NCBI GenBank assembly: GCA_043819795.1
Contig: JBDREN010000126.1
Location: 8,541 to 72,540, forward strand
DNA length: 64,000 bases
Direction: 5' to 3'
Source: Elusimicrobiota bacterium
GTDB lineage: Bacteria > Elusimicrobiota > Elusimicrobia > UBA1565
Part shown: one piece after another, positions 59,309 to 64,000 of the stretch
Numbering within the stretch: the stretch's first letter is position 1
Layout: the number at the start of each line of letters is the position of its first letter
Position numbers and translations under genes: made by a program
The notes under the pieces: generated by a model
The model's database searches: none
What the model saw: only the letters and a program-made list of their open reading frames with translations
Told to the model about the DNA's origin: nothing

Positions 59309-62300
59309 CTACCTCTTGACGGAGGAGCCGATGACCCTGCTCAGGACATCGGAGACATCCTCCATCTTGTAGGGCTTGGGAAGCACGCCCGCGAAGCCGG
59401 AATCGGCGAAATCCGACATGATGGGGTCGTTCGAGTAGCCGCTCGAAACGATCGCCTTGACCCCGGGCTCCAGCTCCGCCAGCCTCCTGACCGCCTCCTG
59501 GCCGCCCATGCCCCCCGGGATGGTCAGGTCCATGATGACCGCGTCGAACGGCGCGCCCGAGTCTTTCGCCCGCTTGTAGGCCTCCACCGCGCGCTCGCCG
59601 TCCGGCGCGGACGCGGCCTCGTAGCCCATCTGCTTGAGCATGCGCGTAAGGGCCCGGACGACCACGGGCTCGTCGTCCATGACGAGCACCCTGCCGCTCC
59701 CCCTCTTGACCCCCGCGGGGCCGGTGTCCCTCGGGACGTCCGTCGCGGAGGCGGCCGGCAGATAGAATGTGAAGGTCGTCCCCTCATCGGGCTTCGACTC
59801 CACGGCGATATGCCCGCCGTGCTGCAAGACGATCGAGCGGGTCGTGGCGAGCCCGAGCCCCCTGCCCTTCTGTTTGGTGCTGTAATAGGGGTCGAATATC
59901 TTCGGAAGCTGCGCCTCGGGTATGCCGACGCCCGCGTCCCGCACGGATATCCTGAGATACTCGCCGCCCGGCAGCGGAAGCGCGTCCCCCTCGCTCACGC
60001 GGACGTTCTCCGCGCCGACGGTCACCACCCCCCCTCCGGGCATGGCCTGCAGGGCGTTGATCATGAGATTGTGAACGACCTGGGCCAGCTGCCCGGGGTC
60101 GGCCTCCACGGGCCTCAGGTCGTCGTCGATCCTGAACTCGCACCTCGATGACGTGCCGCGCATCACGAAACCGGCCGCGTCGGCGAGCAGCGGCCCGACC
60201 CTCAGCGCCTTCTTTATGGGCTTGCCGCCCTTGGCGAAGGTCAGCAGCTGCTGGCTCAGGCTCTTGGCGTCCTGCGCCGCGTTCTCCGTCTCCTTGAGCA
60301 GCTCCCGCAGCTCGACGGGATCGTCGATGCACTCACGGGCGAGAGAGATGTTGCCCAGGATCCCGGTCAGGATATTATTGAAGTCGTGCGCGATGCCCCC
60401 CGCCATGACGCCGAGCGACTCGATCTTCTGAGCGCTCAGGAGGGCCTCCTCCGCGTGCTTGCTCTCGGTGATATCCACCACCACGCCCTGGTAGTGCGTG
60501 ACCGCGCCCCCGGCGTCCCGGCGGACGTGGGTCCTGTCGTCGACCCATCTGGTCTGGCCGTCTTTGGTCACGATCCGGTACGGGACGTGGACGAAATCCT
60601 CCCGCCCCGCCTCCGCGCTGTGGCGGGCGACCTCTTCCCCGACCGTGTCCAGGTCCTCCGGATGGACGACCTTGGCGTAGGCCACCTTGCCCGACATGAA
60701 CTCCTCGGCCGTGTAGCCGAACAACTCCTTCACGTTCTCCGTGACGAGCTCCACCGGCCAGCCCTCGGCGTTCCTCCATAGGAAGACGACCGCCGGGCTC
60801 ATATTGATTATCTTCTCGGTCTCCTTCAGGGATGCCTCCGCGCGCCGGCGCTGCTTTTCCTCCCCGAGTCTTGCGAGCCTGGCGTGCAGGACGGGGGCTA
60901 TCTTATCGACGCTGGACTTCGCCAGGCGCCGGTCCTCGCTCCTGTAGTCCGTCTTCCTGTTCGCCACCATGATGAGGCCGATGGACGCGCCTTGATGGAC
61001 GACGGGCGCGGCGAGCGCCCTGGCGATGGGCACGTGCCCCTCGGGCACGTGAAGCGCGTCGTTCGAGCACTGAAGCGTCTTCTCCTTCAGCGCCTTTCCC
61101 CAGACCCCCCCCCACTGGTCCGGGGAGAACACCGCGCTCTTGCCGGGCATCGCGCACGCATCCCAGGCAGCTCCTGTCAGGGAGGGACAAACGAGCGCCC
61201 CATCCTCGTCGATGTATCCGAAGATCCCGTATTCGCTTCCCGTGGCCTTCAGGATGACCCGCAGGACCTCGCTATACATTTCCTCATCCGAAGCGGTGAG
61301 GAAAACGTCCGCGATCTGGTCGCGGACCCGGAGCTCCTTCTCCGACCACCGCAGGAACTGCTCCGCCCGCTTGCGGACCGTGATGTCGATGGCGTACTCG
61401 ATCACCTGGGTGATCTTGCCGCTCTTGTCGCGCAGGGGATACGCTTGGACCTCGACAAAGCGCGGGCCTCCGCCCGCGGTCTTGTGGATGTGCTCCGCGG
61501 TCGCGGGCTTCCCCGTTCTCTTGACCGTCTCGAGCGGACAGTCCTCGCCCGATTCATGGCAGGGCCGGCTCCTCCCGTGGGTCGCGGCGTAGCAGGTCGC
61601 CTCCTTATCCGCGCGCATGCCGTACGCGGCGCGCGCCGCCGAGTTGGCGAGCACGATGCGGTGGGTATCGGCGTCGATCACATGGAAGGGATGGCCGAGC
61701 GACTCCAGGATGTTCTCCAGGAACCCGGCCTGCTCCCGAAGCTTCCCCTCGCCGGCCCGAAGCTCGAGCTCGGCCCGTTTGCGGTCCGTGATGTCGAGGG
61801 TGACGAGCTGAACGGCGCGGATAGCGCCGGCCGAGTCTCTCACCGGCTCGAAATGCGTCTGGAAGTGGAGCTGTCCGGAAGGCAGGGCGGCCGCATCCTC
61901 GTAATCGCCCCCCTTCCCGGTCTTGAGGAGCCGGGCGATGCGCGTCTCGGCCCTGCCTTTGATCTCCGGAAAGACCTCGTAGGCCGACTTCCCCTCGAAG
62001 TCGGCGGGAACGCCCCCGAGAGTCCCGGCGCCCGTGGAGTTGATCGCCTCGATCGTCCCGTCCAGGGCGAGCGTCGCGATCGAGACGCCCGCGTTATGGA
62101 AGAGCGCCCGGTACTTCTCCTCGTTCTCCCGCAGCGCCTCTTCGGCCCGCACGCGCTCGCTGACATCCCTCACCACGCTCACCCAGCCGATCCCCCGGCC
62201 CGCGTCGTCGGTCAGCTGCGACACGAAATGCTCCGAGGGAAAGACGGAGCCGTCCTTCCGCCTCATGCGGAAAGACGGGATGTGGCACGCCGGCTTCCCG

Positions 62301-63040
62301 GAAGCCACGCAGGGATCGAGGATCTCCCGGAACCTCCGCAGGGAATCGGCGTCCACGTGGAGGACCCGCGTGTCTTTTCCTCGGAGCTCCCGCTTCTCGT
62401 GGCCGAATACCGCCGACACGGCGTCGTTGCAGTCGATTATCGTCGGAGGGCACTTCGCGTCCAGGATGAAGATGGCGTCCGCCATGCTGTCGAACGTCTT
62501 CTTGAGCAGATCCGCCTGGCGGCGGACCGTATCCTCCATGCCCTTGCGCTCGGTGATGTCGAACATGGCGCCCTGCACCAAGACCGGCTTCCCGGAGTCG
62601 TCGCAGACGTTCTGGATGAATTCCTGGACCCACCGGCTCCGGCCATCCTTGCGCACGATGCGGTATTCCCGGGTTGCGGAGAAGCCCGGGACCAAGCGGA
62701 TCTTCTCCATGCTCTCGCGGATCTTGGGCAGGTCCTGCGGATGGATGAGACGGTCCCAGGTCGGCTCGCCGGCCGCCAGTTCGGCTTCGGTATAGCCCGT
62801 GATCTCCTCGACCGCGCCGTGGAAGAACAAGGGGGTAAAATCCAGCCTCCCCTCAAAAACGATCCCGTGGAACTCCCGGAAGAAAAGGTCCTGGCGCGAA
62901 CCGCTTTTCCGCCACGCTCCGCGCGGCGAAACACGGGCCTTCTTAGGCCGGACGACCTCCCCGGAGGGATTGTCCGCTCGCCCGCGCCCTCGCACGGAGT
63001 TGCCCGAGGCTCTCTTCTTCGTCCCTGTCTTGACCTTCAT
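59309..63040 (-). CDS. Cytoplasmic hybrid sensor kinase: multiple PAS/PAC, GAF, HisKA, HATPase, REC (CckA-like)
   Basis: Repeated 'DITER/DISER' PAC ends, 'GGIAHDFNN', 'NLMINA.QAM', 'FDPYYSTK..GRGLGL' and a C-terminal REC. ATG at 63040 chosen. Confidence 0.92.
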   Translation of the reverse strand: MKVKTGTKKRASGNSVRGRGRADNPSGEVVRPKKARVSPRGAWRKSGSRQDLFFREFHGIVFEGRLDFTPLFFHGAVEEITGYTEAELAAGEPTWDRLIHPQDLPKIRESMEKIRLVPGFSATREYRIVRKDGRSRWVQEFIQNVCDDSGKPVLVQGAMFDITERKGMEDTVRRQADLLKKTFDSMADAIFILDAKCPPTIIDCNDAVSAVFGHEKRELRGKDTRVLHVDADSLRRFREILDPCVASGKPACHIPSFRMRRKDGSVFPSEHFVSQLTDDAGRGIGWVSVVRDVSERVRAEEALRENEEKYRALFHNAGVSIATLALDGTIEAINSTGAGTLGGVPADFEGKSAYEVFPEIKGRAETRIARLLKTGKGGDYEDAAALPSGQLHFQTHFEPVRDSAGAIRAVQLVTLDITDRKRAELELRAGEGKLREQAGFLENILESLGHPFHVIDADTHRIVLANSAARAAYGMRADKEATCYAATHGRSRPCHESGEDCPLETVKRTGKPATAEHIHKTAGGGPRFVEVQAYPLRDKSGKITQVIEYAIDITVRKRAEQFLRWSEKELRVRDQIADVFLTASDEEMYSEVLRVILKATGSEYGIFGYIDEDGALVCPSLTGAAWDACAMPGKSAVFSPDQWGGVWGKALKEKTLQCSNDALHVPEGHVPIARALAAPVVHQGASIGLIMVANRKTDYRSEDRRLAKSSVDKIAPVLHARLARLGEEKQRRRAEASLKETEKIINMSPAVVFLWRNAEGWPVELVTENVKELFGYTAEEFMSGKVAYAKVVHPEDLDTVGEEVARHSAEAGREDFVHVPYRIVTKDGQTRWVDDRTHVRRDAGGAVTHYQGVVVDITESKHAEEALLSAQKIESLGVMAGGIAHDFNNILTGILGNISLARECIDDPVELRELLKETENAAQDAKSLSQQLLTFAKGGKPIKKALRVGPLLADAAGFVMRGTSSRCEFRIDDDLRPVEADPGQLAQVVHNLMINALQAMPGGGVVTVGAENVRVSEGDALPLPGGEYLRISVRDAGVGIPEAQLPKIFDPYYSTKQKGRGLGLATTRSIVLQHGGHIAVESKPDEGTTFTFYLPAASATDVPRDTGPAGVKRGSGRVLVMDDEPVVVRALTRMLKQMGYEAASAPDGERAVEAYKRAKDSGAPFDAVIMDLTIPGGMGGQEAVRRLAELEPGVKAIVSSGYSNDPIMSDFADSGFAGVLPKPYKMEDVSDVLSRVIGSSVKR

Positions 63041-63265
63041 GCCGTTCACCACCCCAGAAGGCGTCACCACCGACGAACCGAAGCATATGATACCACTTGG
63101 CGTCCGATCCCGACAGCCCGCCGCCACGATCATCCTCGGGACTCCCCGCCTTGGGTCCCGCCTCCAGGTCCCCAATAGGCCTATTAGGGGATAGGGCCTA
63201 AGACGGGCCCGGAACTACCCTAGAGAACCTATCGGGCTCCCCCGGGTCTGGTGTATATTGCACGT

Positions 63266-64000
63266 ATGATAAACGGATCGCATATATCCCTTATAAAGAA
63301 ATCCATCGCGGCCTTGCTGAGCGCCCTCTTGATGGCGGCCGCGCCCTTGCCGGGAGCCTATCAAGCGGCGGCCCAGACGATCGCCGGCTCCGTCAGGACG
63401 GTCCCGGTCTCCGTCTCACCCGCGCTCGGCCTCGGTTCGGGGACGCAGGCGGCCGGCCTCTCTTGGAGCCGCTCCGGAAGCGCGGCCGGCCTCTCCCGGC
63501 CCTCGAGCCTGAGTTCGGTGCTTCCGCGGCCTTCGCGCGCGCACGTCGCGGGTGGGTCGGCGGTCCAGCCGCACGGACCGGCGGCCTCGGCATCCACCCC
63601 CCACGCCTCCCCCGCCGCCGAGGCGCCCGCCGGCCGACGGTCCGTCCCCTCGCGCGCCGTCTCCGCGATGCCCTCCGCCCCGAAACCCGCGGCCAGCGAG
63701 AAACGTTCTCTTGCGACGCAGCGGCTAAGGGTCGCTCATCTTGGACGACGCTTGGACGGCATAGCCCTCACGCACGACGCCGCACAACAGCGCGCGGCCC
63801 TGAACCGCCTCTTCGACCTAAGCCGAGAGTCTTCCCGGGGGCCGACCGCGACGCACCGGCCCGCCGGCGCTTCCGCCGCCGGAAGCGCCCCGCGCATCCG
63901 CCGTCTCGCGCCCGCGCGCCGATCCGATTTGGCGTACGCGCAGGCGGGCCCTGCCGAGGCCGCGCGGTCCCATCCCGCGGCCGCGGCGCGGGCCGCCGGA
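63266..64000 (+). CDS. 5' part of a secreted protein with Ala/Pro/Ser-rich linker (runs off the window)
   Basis: MINGSHISLIKKSIAALLSALLMAAAPLPGAYQAAAQT...; no in-frame stop seen, and it is absent from the ORF track, consistent with running off the window. Confidence 0.7.
   Translation, partial: MINGSHISLIKKSIAALLSALLMAAAPLPGAYQAAAQTIAGSVRTVPVSVSPALGLGSGTQAAGLSWSRSGSAAGLSRPSSLSSVLPRPSRAHVAGGSAVQPHGPAASASTPHASPAAEAPAGRRSVPSRAVSAMPSAPKPAASEKRSLATQRLRVAHLGRRLDGIALTHDAAQQRAALNRLFDLSRESSRGPTATHRPAGASAAGSAPRIRRLAPARRSDLAYAQAGPAEAARSHPAAAARAAG

Overview
GC-rich bacterial chromosomal window with about 60 genes. The protein styles (TPR-TM-Ser/Thr kinase; an '...P-x-A-Y-Q-A-A-A-Q' leader at the right edge) suggest Elusimicrobiota, but that is only an inference. 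Left to right: an arsenic cluster (arsF/arsG-like facing arsR-arsC-acr3-thioredoxin); two tandem membrane-anchored Hsp90/HtpG-like proteins whose catalytic residues look degenerate, converging on a bacterial topoisomerase VI pair (top6B/top6A); assorted housekeeping genes (HAD, ABC-F, fused FTCD); an ECF sigma/anti-sigma/bactofilin-membrane operon; a CdaA-YbbR diadenylate cyclase next to a DHH phosphoesterase; and iolB followed by a microhomology-bounded tandem duplication carrying two collagen-like genes with near-identical N-termini and unrelated C-terminal heads. Further on are a heterodimeric ABC exporter and a receptor Ser/Thr kinase; a coupled operon of SRPBCC, pepN, a degenerate GIY-YIG protein and Ni-SOD; a DUF692 (MNIO)/DUF2063 pair without a canonical precursor, next to tldD/pmbA; and tRNA-Val(CAC). 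A tyrosine-recombinase relic then precedes a lower-GC block (two-component genes, chained microproteins, TVP38, mgtE, kup). The window ends with an HDAC/AcuC gene, a multi-PAS hybrid kinase and a truncated secreted protein. All calls come from reading motifs by eye; no searches were run.
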